From: an uncultured Eubacteriales bacterium | GTDB lineage: Bacteria > Bacillota > Clostridia > TANB77 > CAG-508 | Assembly: GCA_949287075.1 (NCBI GenBank) | Contig: CASEEU010000083.1 | Location: 3,039-67,038 of the forward strand | DNA: 64,000 nt | Reading direction: 5' to 3' | Part shown: one piece after another, positions 27,558-36,131 of the stretch | How positions within the stretch are numbered: position 1 is the stretch's first letter | Layout of the letters: each line of letters opens with the position of its first letter | Translations under genes and position numbers: made by a program | Notes under the pieces: model-generated | Told to the model about the DNA's origin: nothing | Databases searched by the model: none | What the model saw: only the letters and a program-made list of their open reading frames with translations

Positions 27558-29021
27558 ATGGGAGTGATATTTGTGGGAGAAATACAAGCAACAATAGAAT
27601 ATTTTTTTAAAATTAGCTTTATTAGCATATGTACTCTATATTTAAATTATAAGATTTTAAATATCAATGAGAAAAATATAAAAGAAAAAATAAAAATATT
27701 AATACAGGTAGTGATAGTGAATATATTTAGCACAATGTTAAAATATATTTCTAATTCTACAGTAGGTATAATGGTAATAGATGTATTTTTAGCATTAATT
27801 TTCTCGAAAAATATAAATAAGAATATAGGATATTCATTATTAATCACAACAATTTCTTTAAGTATTAATTATATTCTTTATATCCTTTCAGCAGCTATAA
27901 ATTATGTATTGTTTAAAAATTATGCTATTCAAAATAGATACATAGTTTTTATAGTTATTTTATTAGTAGATATTGTTTTATTAAAATTAATATCTGGAAT
28001 AAAAAAGTTTAATAAAGGAATCAGTTTTTTAAAAAAGAATGAAAATAATGAATATTTTGGAATTTTTATATTAAATATAAGTTCAACATTATTTTTTGCT
28101 TTTATAATGATTAATAATCTTGATAGGAGTATAGTAAGACCTTTATTTATATATCTTATCATTTTCTCCATCATCATGTTCATCACCATCCAAAAATCCT
28201 TACAGTTATACTACAAACAAAAACTACAAGAAAGAGAAGTAGAAGAAATCAAAGAAGAACTGAAAAATAAAGATAAAGAAATAAAAGAATTAGAAAAAGA
28301 AAATTTGAAACTTAACAAAAAGAATCATTCAATAGCACATAAACAAAAATCATTGGAATATGAACTAGAACAAATGGTGCTGAATAATCAAGTAGCAGAT
28401 GGAAATCATGTAAAAGATAAAATAGAAAATTTATCAAAAGAAATGCAAAATGAAACTGTCAGTATAGAACTAACGAAAACAAATATTGATGAAATTGATA
28501 GTATGTTAAAATATATGCAATCAGAATGTGTAAAAAATAAAATAGATTTTCAATTACAAGTAAATGGAAATATTCATCATATGGTAAATACATATATTGG
28601 AAAAGAAGATCTAGAAATTCTAATTGCAGACATGATAAAGAATGCCATCATAGCTATTAACCATTCTGAAAATATCAATAAAAGTATTTTAGTAAGATTA
28701 GGATTAATTGATGGTGCATATAGTTTATATGTTTATGATTCTGGTATAGAATTTGAAATAGATACATTAATTAATCTTGGAATAAAACCAAGTACAACAC
28801 ATGCAAATGATGGTGGTACAGGAATGGGATTAATGAATACATTTGATACATTAAAGAAATATAAAGCAAGTTTGGTTATTGATGAATATGGAAAACCAGT
28901 AAAAGACAATTTTACAAAAGTAATAAAAATTCTTTTTGATAATGAAAATACATATAAAATCGAGTCATATCGTAAAAAAGATATACAAGAAAAAGATATA
29001 AATAAAAGGGTTTCTTTTTAA
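27558..29021 (+). CDS. Multi-pass membrane sensor histidine kinase (GHKL ATPase, AgrC/HPK10-like architecture)
   Basis: 487 aa. About 6-7 N-terminal TM helices are followed by a coiled-coil (EVEEIKEELKNKDKEIKELEKENLKLNKK). A candidate phospho-His lies in NHSIAHKQKS, an N-box in ADMIKNAIIAINHS, and a G-box in DGGTGMGL. The GTG at 27573 behind GGGAG is an alternative start. Confidence 0.8.
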   Translation: MGVIFVGEIQATIEYFFKISFISICTLYLNYKILNINEKNIKEKIKILIQVVIVNIFSTMLKYISNSTVGIMVIDVFLALIFSKNINKNIGYSLLITTISLSINYILYILSAAINYVLFKNYAIQNRYIVFIVILLVDIVLLKLISGIKKFNKGISFLKKNENNEYFGIFILNISSTLFFAFIMINNLDRSIVRPLFIYLIIFSIIMFITIQKSLQLYYKQKLQEREVEEIKEELKNKDKEIKELEKENLKLNKKNHSIAHKQKSLEYELEQMVLNNQVADGNHVKDKIENLSKEMQNETVSIELTKTNIDEIDSMLKYMQSECVKNKIDFQLQVNGNIHHMVNTYIGKEDLEILIADMIKNAIIAINHSENINKSILVRLGLIDGAYSLYVYDSGIEFEIDTLINLGIKPSTTHANDGGTGMGLMNTFDTLKKYKASLVIDEYGKPVKDNFTKVIKILFDNENTYKIESYRKKDIQEKDINKRVSF

Positions 29022-29030
29022 GAAACCCTT

Positions 29031-30242
29031 TTAAAATCCAATAATATCGTTATAAATCTCAATTGCAAATTTATCTGTCATACCAGAAATATAGTAAATA
29101 ATACATTTATAAAAATCTTGTTCATTATTGAAATCAAAAATAACATCATTAATTAGTTTTAGTTCTTCTCGATTTCCTAAATCATAATAATTTGCTAAAA
29201 ATCCAAGGAAGCTATCATAAAGTTTTACAGAAATTTTAGATAATCTATTTTTTAAAGTAGAGATTGTATTTTCTTTATCATAACAAGATTTCAAAGTATC
29301 ATATATTTCATTTAAAACTAGTTCAAAATATTTAACAGAAGGTTTTAATCTATCTGAGAAATAGATATTTCTATAATTAAATTCTTTAATTTTATTTAAT
29401 AAATCAAAAGCTTCTTCTGAGAAACATAATCCTTTTTCAGGAGTTGAATTTTTAGCTAAATCACATACTAAATAATTAATAATAATAGTATTGTTAATTT
29501 TCTTTTCAGGTAAATCATAATGTAGCAATTTGTATAGTTCATCCAAATGTTCATCAATAATCCCCAAACTAATGGCATCTTCAATATCTCTTCCAATATA
29601 GGAAATTTTGTCAGAAATTTTTACGACACAGCCTTCCCAAGTATATGGAGCATATTGATTAGGTCTAACATAAGTAGTTAAATCAATATATTCTTGTCTA
29701 GGTTTTAAACAATTTTCATCAATTTCACCACAGTGAGAAATAATACCATCTCTGACAGCATATGTTAAATCTAAATTATCTTTATATTGATCTTTATTTT
29801 CTAATAATTCTATTTTATCTACAAATTCTAGACCATTTTTTTCATGCCAAAAGTTACAACCTAAGTCTCTTTGAGAGATAGTAGATAAAATCTTTTCTCC
29901 CGCATGACCAAAAGGACTATGTCCAATATCATGTGCTACAGAAATTGCTTTTGTTAATTCTGTATTTAATCCTAAATAACTTGCAATTGTATAACTAATG
30001 GATTCTACATGTGCAACATGTTCACTTCTTGTACAAATATGATCACTTTCTGGTGAGAAAAATACTTGTGTCTTATGTTTTAGTCTTTTATAGGCATTTG
30101 AATGTGTAATTCTTGTATAATCTCTGTCAAAAACAGAACGAATATCCTCTGGATTGGTTAGTAAAGGCTTTTGTCTTTTGGATATAGTTTCCCAATTTGG
30201 ATGATGCATATTAGCTGCATAATCTTTAAAAACATTTTCCAT
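29031..30242 (-). CDS. dGTPase-family dNTP triphosphohydrolase-like HD protein
   Basis: 403 aa. FDRDYTRITHSNAYKRLKHKTQVF, TRSEHVAHV and HDIGHSPFGHAGE are hallmark segments of the Dgt/dNTP triphosphohydrolase family. Confidence 0.85.
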   Translation of the reverse strand: MENVFKDYAANMHHPNWETISKRQKPLLTNPEDIRSVFDRDYTRITHSNAYKRLKHKTQVFFSPESDHICTRSEHVAHVESISYTIASYLGLNTELTKAISVAHDIGHSPFGHAGEKILSTISQRDLGCNFWHEKNGLEFVDKIELLENKDQYKDNLDLTYAVRDGIISHCGEIDENCLKPRQEYIDLTTYVRPNQYAPYTWEGCVVKISDKISYIGRDIEDAISLGIIDEHLDELYKLLHYDLPEKKINNTIIINYLVCDLAKNSTPEKGLCFSEEAFDLLNKIKEFNYRNIYFSDRLKPSVKYFELVLNEIYDTLKSCYDKENTISTLKNRLSKISVKLYDSFLGFLANYYDLGNREELKLINDVIFDFNNEQDFYKCIIYYISGMTDKFAIEIYNDIIGF

Positions 30243-30415
30243 AATGTAATCATTCCTTTCTTTATCTAATAAAATTTATTGAATTGTGTTGTTTTCTTTA
30301 AATCTAAATGTAGTTTATTATAAAAAAGTAAAAAAGTCTATAAATAGATGAAAATAAAATATTGAAAATAAAAATATGACGTAGTATAATGAAAAAAACT
30401 AAAGGAGGAGATAAA

Positions 30416-30556
30416 ATGTTACATGTTATAAAAGATGATTTTGATGAAAGTCCAGAAGATATTTTAAACTCTATTAATAATATGTTAAAGAATAAAGGAC
30501 AAGCAAAAAAAGAGGAAGATGAAGAAGAAAGTAATGAGGAAAAAAAAGATAACTAA
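30416..30556 (+). CDS. Possible small acidic protein (46 aa)
   Basis: Not in the ORF track. The ATG lies 6 nt after AAAGGAGGAG, with a TATAAT-like -10 (GTAGTATAAT) about 30 nt upstream. No homology was recognised. Confidence 0.4.
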   Translation: MLHVIKDDFDESPEDILNSINNMLKNKGQAKKEEDEEESNEEKKDN

Positions 30557-30625
30557 TTATTTCAGTAAAGGAAAACATTAAAAAATATAAATCTATAAAA
30601 TAAAAATTTTTAAGGAGTAACAAAC

Positions 30626-31201
30626 ATGGCAAATTCAAAATTAATTGTAGTAGAAGGTCCACAAGGAGCAGGAAAAACAACAGTAACAGATTATTTAAGA
30701 TATTCATTAAGTTATACAAATTTATATAGATTATGCGGAACGGCAGATAGCTCTGCAGAAGGCAAGAAAAAAACAGAAGACATGTATATTAACTTATTGG
30801 AATATATAAAAAAAATGGAAAATAAAAGTATTAATCTAGTATTTGATAGAACATTTTTTACAGAAGAAAATTATTGTAGACTTGGGAAAAAAGAATATAC
30901 TTTTACAGATGTATATGAAAAATTATTAGAAGAATTTAGTAAATTAGATTTTGAAATATACTATATAACTTTATATTTAGAAGATGTGGAAAAATATCAT
31001 ACGAGATTGGATAGAAAAGATAAAGCAATTTTCAAAAATTCTAAATTTGAAGCTGAAAATAGTATTAACCAACAAAGAGTGTATCTAGAAATGTCAGAAG
31101 AAATACAAGCAAAATATCCCAATATTCAAGTGAAAAATATTGCAAATGATGGAGATTTTGAAAAAACAAAGAAAGAAATAAGAGAATTTATAGGATATTA
31201 A
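30626..31201 (+). CDS. P-loop nucleoside/nucleotide kinase-like protein (thymidylate/deoxynucleoside kinase superfamily)
   Basis: 191 aa. The Walker A motif is VEGPQGAGKTT at the extreme N-terminus, followed by a DR motif (VFDRTFF). Confidence 0.55.
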   Translation: MANSKLIVVEGPQGAGKTTVTDYLRYSLSYTNLYRLCGTADSSAEGKKKTEDMYINLLEYIKKMENKSINLVFDRTFFTEENYCRLGKKEYTFTDVYEKLLEEFSKLDFEIYYITLYLEDVEKYHTRLDRKDKAIFKNSKFEAENSINQQRVYLEMSEEIQAKYPNIQVKNIANDGDFEKTKKEIREFIGY

Positions 31202-31346
31202 AATAAAGAGAAAAACAAAGAAAAAGAGAGAAAATAAATGAAATAGTAAAAAATAGAATTGCTAGAAACAAAGAAAATCTGTACTTGTTAAAATATGACA
31301 AAAATGAAATTTGTCATATTTCACATTTATACTGTATAATATATAT

Positions 31347-31987
31347 CGATGGTGCATTATTCTAGTCATACTCAAGTTTATGAGGGTGGGGCTAAAAATC
31401 CACTAAAGGGCATATCGTTGAAGTTCTTTGAATGTGCGCGAAACGCCAAGTTTGTGTGTGTTCAGGGAGTAAGAAATTCGGGTATTATATAATGGCATAT
31501 ATAAGATTCCCTGGTTTCGCGGAGGCTTAAATTTATGATAAATGTATCTTTTTATACATAATTTAAGAGTAACCTGTGATGCGTGCCAAGACACAAAAAG
31601 CACAGAGTAGCCTGTCTTGAGTGAATGTATTGGGATTAAATCATTAGTAAAGCATAGTTTTGGCCAAATTAGTTTTACTGTACTTATGAAATTTCATTTG
31701 CAAAAAAGACTAATAAACTTGTAAAGTATGTTAAGGAAAACTTCTAGAATGTTTGCTTCCATAGAAGCATAGAAGTCTTTGGATTAAGGTACAGATTTAA
31801 GTGGCAATCTGGTAGCTATAGTTTCTATAGATATTTCCCTTAAACGGAAACGGCAATAGCAGTAATGCTATGCGGGAAATAGAGAAATTCAACCAGACCT
31901 AAACTGTAAAATTTACTTAGACTTTTACCATCTCAAATAAAAAATATTAAGAGGAAATCTTGGGAAAAACTCAAAATTTCCTCTTTT
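31347..31987 (+). ncRNA. Large (~640 nt) structured non-coding RNA candidate, OLE-like by size and synteny (family unverified)
   Basis: Promoter: TTGTCA (31311-31316), 18 nt spacer, TGTATAAT (31333-31340). No credible ORF lies on the + strand. G+C is visibly higher than the surroundings. Nested stems are visible, e.g. ACTTCTA[..GCTTC-CATA-GAAGC..]TAGAAGT near 31740-31780, CTATAG-TTT-CTATAG near 31815, and TTTCCC..[GCAATAGCA-GTAA-TGCTATGC]..GGGAAA near 31835-31880. Terminator: AAGAGGAAAT...ATTTCCTCTTTT at 31949-31987. Confidence 0.55.
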
Positions 31988-32105
31988 GAATGATGATTTT
32001 GGGGACGGAGCAAAAAATCATCATTTTGTTCTTTAAAAAGTTTTAAATGAAATATTCTTTATAAAATGGTGATTTTTTGCTCCGTCCCCAAAATCATCAT
32101 TCAAA
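31985..32105. repeat. ~120 nt element made of two 36-38 nt inverted arms, each itself a hairpin
   Basis: TTTGAATGATGATTTTGGGGACGGAGCAAAAAATCATCA (31985-32023) and its near-perfect reverse complement at 32068-32105 differ at one position. The arms are separated by about 44 nt of AT-rich spacer. Confidence 0.7.
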
Positions 32106-32127
32106 AAAAGAAAGGAAAGAGATAAAA

Positions 32128-32844
32128 TTGAAAGAAAAGACGAAAAAAGCAAAAGGAAAACCGTGTGAGGAAGATGCAGAAAAAATAAGACAAGAAATGA
32201 AAAAAGCTGTAAGACAAGAAAGTGCTAAAACAGAAAAAGAGAATGAAAAAGAAATAGAAGAAGTAAAGGAAAAAATAGAACAATCAAAAAGAAAAAAAGA
32301 AAAACAGAACAAGAAATATGAAAATGTGAAATGGTTTATAGAAGTTTTTATTATGACTTTTATATTATCTATTGTGTTTTCATATATATCAACAAATGGG
32401 GTGTCAAATTTAAGTTTAATACCAGCTATCCTGATTTTAGTAGCAGTTATCTTAGTAGGTATCATATTTGACATTGTGGGTGTAGCTGTAACAGTTGCAG
32501 ATGAACATGAATTTCATGCAAAAGCAACGAAAAAAGTAAAAGGTTCAAAAGATTCTATTAAATTAATTAGAAATGCACCTAGAGTTGCCAATATTTGTGC
32601 AGATGTTATTGGTGACATTTGTGGAGTATTAAGTGGTGCCATAAGTGCATTAATTGCACTAAAAATTACCAACCAATTTGGATTAAATTTTGATGTGCAA
32701 TTCTTATTAAGTGCTTTGGTTTCAGCTCTAACAGTTGGTGGAAAAGCATTAGGAAAAACAGTTGCTAATAATAATTCAACTAGAATTGTTCATGCAGTTG
32801 GTATGGTATTTAATAAGTTTAGTAGAAATAAAGATAAAAAATAG
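32128..32844 (+). CDS. Membrane protein with Lys/Glu-rich N-terminal region and four predicted TM helices (OapA-like position)
   Basis: The ORF track starts at 32077, inside the inverted repeat. The TTG at 32128 behind GAAAGGAAAGAG is a more plausible start. The C-terminal half has four hydrophobic helices with conserved-looking acidic residues (IIFDIVGVAVTVADEHE, ICADVIGDICGVLSGA). Confidence 0.6.
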   Translation: MKEKTKKAKGKPCEEDAEKIRQEMKKAVRQESAKTEKENEKEIEEVKEKIEQSKRKKEKQNKKYENVKWFIEVFIMTFILSIVFSYISTNGVSNLSLIPAILILVAVILVGIIFDIVGVAVTVADEHEFHAKATKKVKGSKDSIKLIRNAPRVANICADVIGDICGVLSGAISALIALKITNQFGLNFDVQFLLSALVSALTVGGKALGKTVANNNSTRIVHAVGMVFNKFSRNKDKK

Positions 32845-32936
32845 GAAGTATGAAAATACTTCTTTTTTATTGAAAATAATATGAAGATATAATAAAATAG
32901 GAAAAAATACGAATAATAAATATAAGAGGTAAAAAT

Positions 32937-33695
32937 ATGAAAGTTTTAATCACAGGAGCGTCATCAGGAATCGGAAAAGATATGGCAAGGATATTAGCCA
33001 AAAAAGCAGATGAATTGGTTTTGGTTGCAAGAAATACTGAAAAGTTAGAAGAAATCAAAAAGGAATTAGAGAATGATGCAAAAATAGAAATCATCTCTAA
33101 AGACTTAAGTATAGAGGAAAACTGTAAAGAAATCCACAATCAAGTACAAAATGTGGATATCTTAATTAACAATGCTGGATTTGGAGATTGCGGAAATTTC
33201 ACAAAAACAAGTTTAGAAAAAGATATCAACATGATAAAAACCAATATTATTGCTTATCACATATTAACCAAATTATATTTAACAGATATGAAAGAAAAAA
33301 ACAGTGGAAAAATCTTAAATGTGGCATCGATTGCAGGATTTATGCCAGGACCATTAATGGCAACCTATTATGCAACAAAAAATTATGTCATTAAATTATC
33401 AGAGGGAATTCGCGAAGAATTGAAAAAGGAGCATTCTAAGGTACAAATTAGTATATTATGTCCAGGACCAGTAGAAACAAATTTTAACAAAGTAGCCAAT
33501 GTAGATTTTCATTTAAGAGAGGCAAACAGTATGAAAGTAGCAAAATATGCCATTCAGAAATTAGAAAAAGGTAAATTTTATATTGTTCCAGGAATAGATA
33601 TAAAAATATCAAGAATTGGGGCAAAAATATTGCCAACAAATATCATTAGTAAATTTGCATATATGGTGCAAAAGAGAAAACTAGGTGGAGAATAA
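32937..33695 (+). CDS. Short-chain dehydrogenase/reductase (SDR) family oxidoreductase
   Basis: 252 aa. TGASSGIGK cofactor motif, NNAG, and catalytic YYATK. Confidence 0.85.
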   Translation: MKVLITGASSGIGKDMARILAKKADELVLVARNTEKLEEIKKELENDAKIEIISKDLSIEENCKEIHNQVQNVDILINNAGFGDCGNFTKTSLEKDINMIKTNIIAYHILTKLYLTDMKEKNSGKILNVASIAGFMPGPLMATYYATKNYVIKLSEGIREELKKEHSKVQISILCPGPVETNFNKVANVDFHLREANSMKVAKYAIQKLEKGKFYIVPGIDIKISRIGAKILPTNIISKFAYMVQKRKLGGE

Positions 33696-33752
33696 AATCT
33701 AACCTAGTTTCTTTTTTATGTATCCAATTTTTTTCATTAACATATGCTTACC

Positions 33753-34646
33753 TTACAAATTTCCAATGGCTGTTTTAATAGCCTGTATAGAATTTTCTAA
33801 TCTTAATTTTTCACTATTTTCTAAATCTAATGTATTAGATTTTTCAATACCATCTTTTCCAATGATAGAAGGTGTACTGGTAAATATTCCATAATCTTCT
33901 AGATAAGAACATACAGGTAAACATACCTTTTCATCAAAAATAATTGCTCTGGTAATTCTACTTAAAGCAGAAGCAATACCATATGCAGTAAAGCCTTGTG
34001 ATTTTGAAACATCAAAACCAGCTTTTTTAACAGCGCTTTCAATATTTGTCATTTCTGATTCAGGTAATTTTTCAACATTAACGGTAGACCAAGGAATAAA
34101 TTGACTATCTCCATGTTCACCAAGAACAAGACCTGTTACCTCTGTAATCGGTTTTTGATATTTTTCTGATAAAACATAACGTAATCTTGCTGTATCTAAT
34201 AATGTTCCAGAACCAATTACTTTTTTTGGATCACAATTCGTATATTTCCATGTTACATATGTCATAACATCTAAAGGATTTGTAGCAATTAAATAAATTC
34301 CAGAAAAATTCGTTTTATTAATTTCAGAAAGAATATTTTTTAAAATCGTATTTGCTTTATGCAAGTCTTCCATTCTAGAAGTTTTTAAATCTGATTGTTT
34401 AGGACCAGCTGTTATACAAATAATATCTGCGTCTTGACAATCAGAATAATTTCCTAAAATGACTTTTGTAGAGGTATTTAAATTATAGGTACTATGATTT
34501 AAGTCAGCAACTTTCCCTAATAATGTTTCTTTATCTACATCAATTAATATCAATTCTTTTATATCCAAACATTGATTTAATACAGAATAGGCATATGCCA
34601 TTCCTACATTTCCGCAACCAATAATCACAAGTTTATTCAAAATCAT
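33753..34646 (-). CDS. ldh: L-lactate dehydrogenase family (2-hydroxyacid dehydrogenase)
   Basis: 297 aa. IIGCGNVGMAYAY dinucleotide fold, ITAGP, and the GEHGDS substrate/catalytic loop. Confidence 0.8.
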   Translation of the reverse strand: MILNKLVIIGCGNVGMAYAYSVLNQCLDIKELILIDVDKETLLGKVADLNHSTYNLNTSTKVILGNYSDCQDADIICITAGPKQSDLKTSRMEDLHKANTILKNILSEINKTNFSGIYLIATNPLDVMTYVTWKYTNCDPKKVIGSGTLLDTARLRYVLSEKYQKPITEVTGLVLGEHGDSQFIPWSTVNVEKLPESEMTNIESAVKKAGFDVSKSQGFTAYGIASALSRITRAIIFDEKVCLPVCSYLEDYGIFTSTPSIIGKDGIEKSNTLDLENSEKLRLENSIQAIKTAIGNL

Positions 34647-34746
34647 TCCCTCCTATGTATATCATAAATTTTTATCAAATAGTGTATCAAACATATTATA
34701 TACCCAAATATGTAAAAATAAAAGTAAAATTTGTAAAAATAAAACA

Positions 34747-34775
34747 TTGACAAAACCAAACATACATTCTATAAT
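34747..34775 (+). promoter_or_regulatory. Promoter of dinB
   Basis: TTGACA (34747-34752), 17 nt spacer, TATAAT (34770-34775). The ATG follows 16 nt downstream. Confidence 0.5.
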
Positions 34776-34790
34776 CTAATTGGTGATGAT

Positions 34791-36014
34791 ATGGAACGTC
34801 AGATATTGCATGTAGATGTGAATAATGCTTTTTTAAGTTGGACAGCATTAGATATGATAAAAAATGGAAGTAAAGTTGATATAAGAGAAATACCAGCTGT
34901 TATTGGAGGAGATGAGTCCAAAAGGTCAGGAATTGTTTTGGCTAAAAGCATGAAAGCAAAAGAATGTGGTGTAAGAACAGCTGAAACGATTTATCAAGCA
35001 AGAATAAAATGTCCAGGATTAAAAGTGTTTCCATCAAATTTTAAAATATATAGGCACTATTCAAATCAGTTGTATCAATTATTATTAGAATACACAGACA
35101 AAATTGAAAGATTTAGTATCGATGAATGTTTTTTAGATATGACCCATTATTTAATGAATGATACTTTATTGAATAAAGGTAAAGAAATTAATAGAAGGGT
35201 AAAAGAAGAGTTAGGTTTTACAGTAAATGTTGGCGTGGCACATAATAAACTTTTAGCTAAAATGGCATCAGATTTTACAAAGCCAGATAGGGTTCATACT
35301 CTTTTCGAAAATGAAATACAAAATAAAATGTGGACACTACCTGTTTCAGAGTTATTTATGTTAGGAAAAAGAACAGTACCTAAATTACAGAATATGCAAA
35401 TAAAAACCATTGGAGATTTGGCAAAAACGAATAAGAGAATTCTACAAGATAAATTTGGAAAACATGGAACGATGATGTGGGAATATGCTAATGGAATTGA
35501 TAATTCTGAAGTGAAATATCAAAAAGAAAAACCAAAAGGAATTGGAAATTCTGTTACATTACCAGAGGATGTTTCAAATATAGAGAAACTAGAAGAAATA
35601 TTATTAGCTTTAACAGAACAAGTAACATATAGATTAAGAAAACAAAAGATGTTAGCAAGAGTGGTTAATGTGCAATTGAGAAATAAAGATTTTGTTGATA
35701 CTTCTCATCAAAGAAAATTACCAAATGCAACAGGAAGTACAAAAGAAATTTTTAATCATGCAAAAGAATTGTTAGAACAAATGTATAGAAAGGGAACACC
35801 TATTAGATTAATAGGTGTAAGAGTGGATGATTTAACAGATACAGAAGAAATGCAAATATCTTTATTTCAAGATGAGATAAAAAATGATAAACAAGAAAAA
35901 TTGGACAAAACTATTGATCAGCTAAAAGAAAAATATGGATATAATTTGATAACAAGAGCAGGAAAAATGGGAGTAGAAGATTTTATAAAATTTAGAAAAG
36001 AAGATGAGAAATAA
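34791..36014 (+). CDS. dinB: DNA polymerase IV (Y-family translesion polymerase)
   Basis: 407 aa. ILHVDVNNAFLS, SIDECFLD and the HNKLLAKMASDFTKP motifs are typical of DinB. Confidence 0.9.
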   Translation: MERQILHVDVNNAFLSWTALDMIKNGSKVDIREIPAVIGGDESKRSGIVLAKSMKAKECGVRTAETIYQARIKCPGLKVFPSNFKIYRHYSNQLYQLLLEYTDKIERFSIDECFLDMTHYLMNDTLLNKGKEINRRVKEELGFTVNVGVAHNKLLAKMASDFTKPDRVHTLFENEIQNKMWTLPVSELFMLGKRTVPKLQNMQIKTIGDLAKTNKRILQDKFGKHGTMMWEYANGIDNSEVKYQKEKPKGIGNSVTLPEDVSNIEKLEEILLALTEQVTYRLRKQKMLARVVNVQLRNKDFVDTSHQRKLPNATGSTKEIFNHAKELLEQMYRKGTPIRLIGVRVDDLTDTEEMQISLFQDEIKNDKQEKLDKTIDQLKEKYGYNLITRAGKMGVEDFIKFRKEDEK

Positions 36015-36131
36015 GAGAAAATAAAGATGTATTTTCTCTTTATTTTTATTAATTAATATTGTTCATAAGGAAAAAGTGTGATATAGTAACGATAATGAAT
36101 ATATATAAAAATGTGAATATGGAGGTAAAAT

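Noticed and set aside
31403-31603. 66 aa minus-strand ORF inside the large intergenic region.
   Set aside because: It has no RBS and no promoter, and it is embedded in a segment dominated by nested helices. The region is better explained as a + strand structured RNA.
32077-32127. ORF-track start (non-ATG) of the membrane-protein gene.
   Set aside because: The first 17 codons lie inside the right arm of the inverted repeat and have no RBS. The TTG at 32128 behind a purine-rich RBS, or a later ATG, is more plausible. The exact start remains uncertain.
34758-34769. Possible LexA (Cheo-type) box in the dinB promoter spacer (AAACATACATTC).
   Set aside because: It only partially resembles GAAC-N4-GTTC, because both outer G/C positions are replaced. 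It cannot be distinguished from chance in AT-rich DNA without a genome-specific LexA motif. The CGAACAT half-sites in the module A and B promoters (about 44491 and 46008) are likewise only half-sites.
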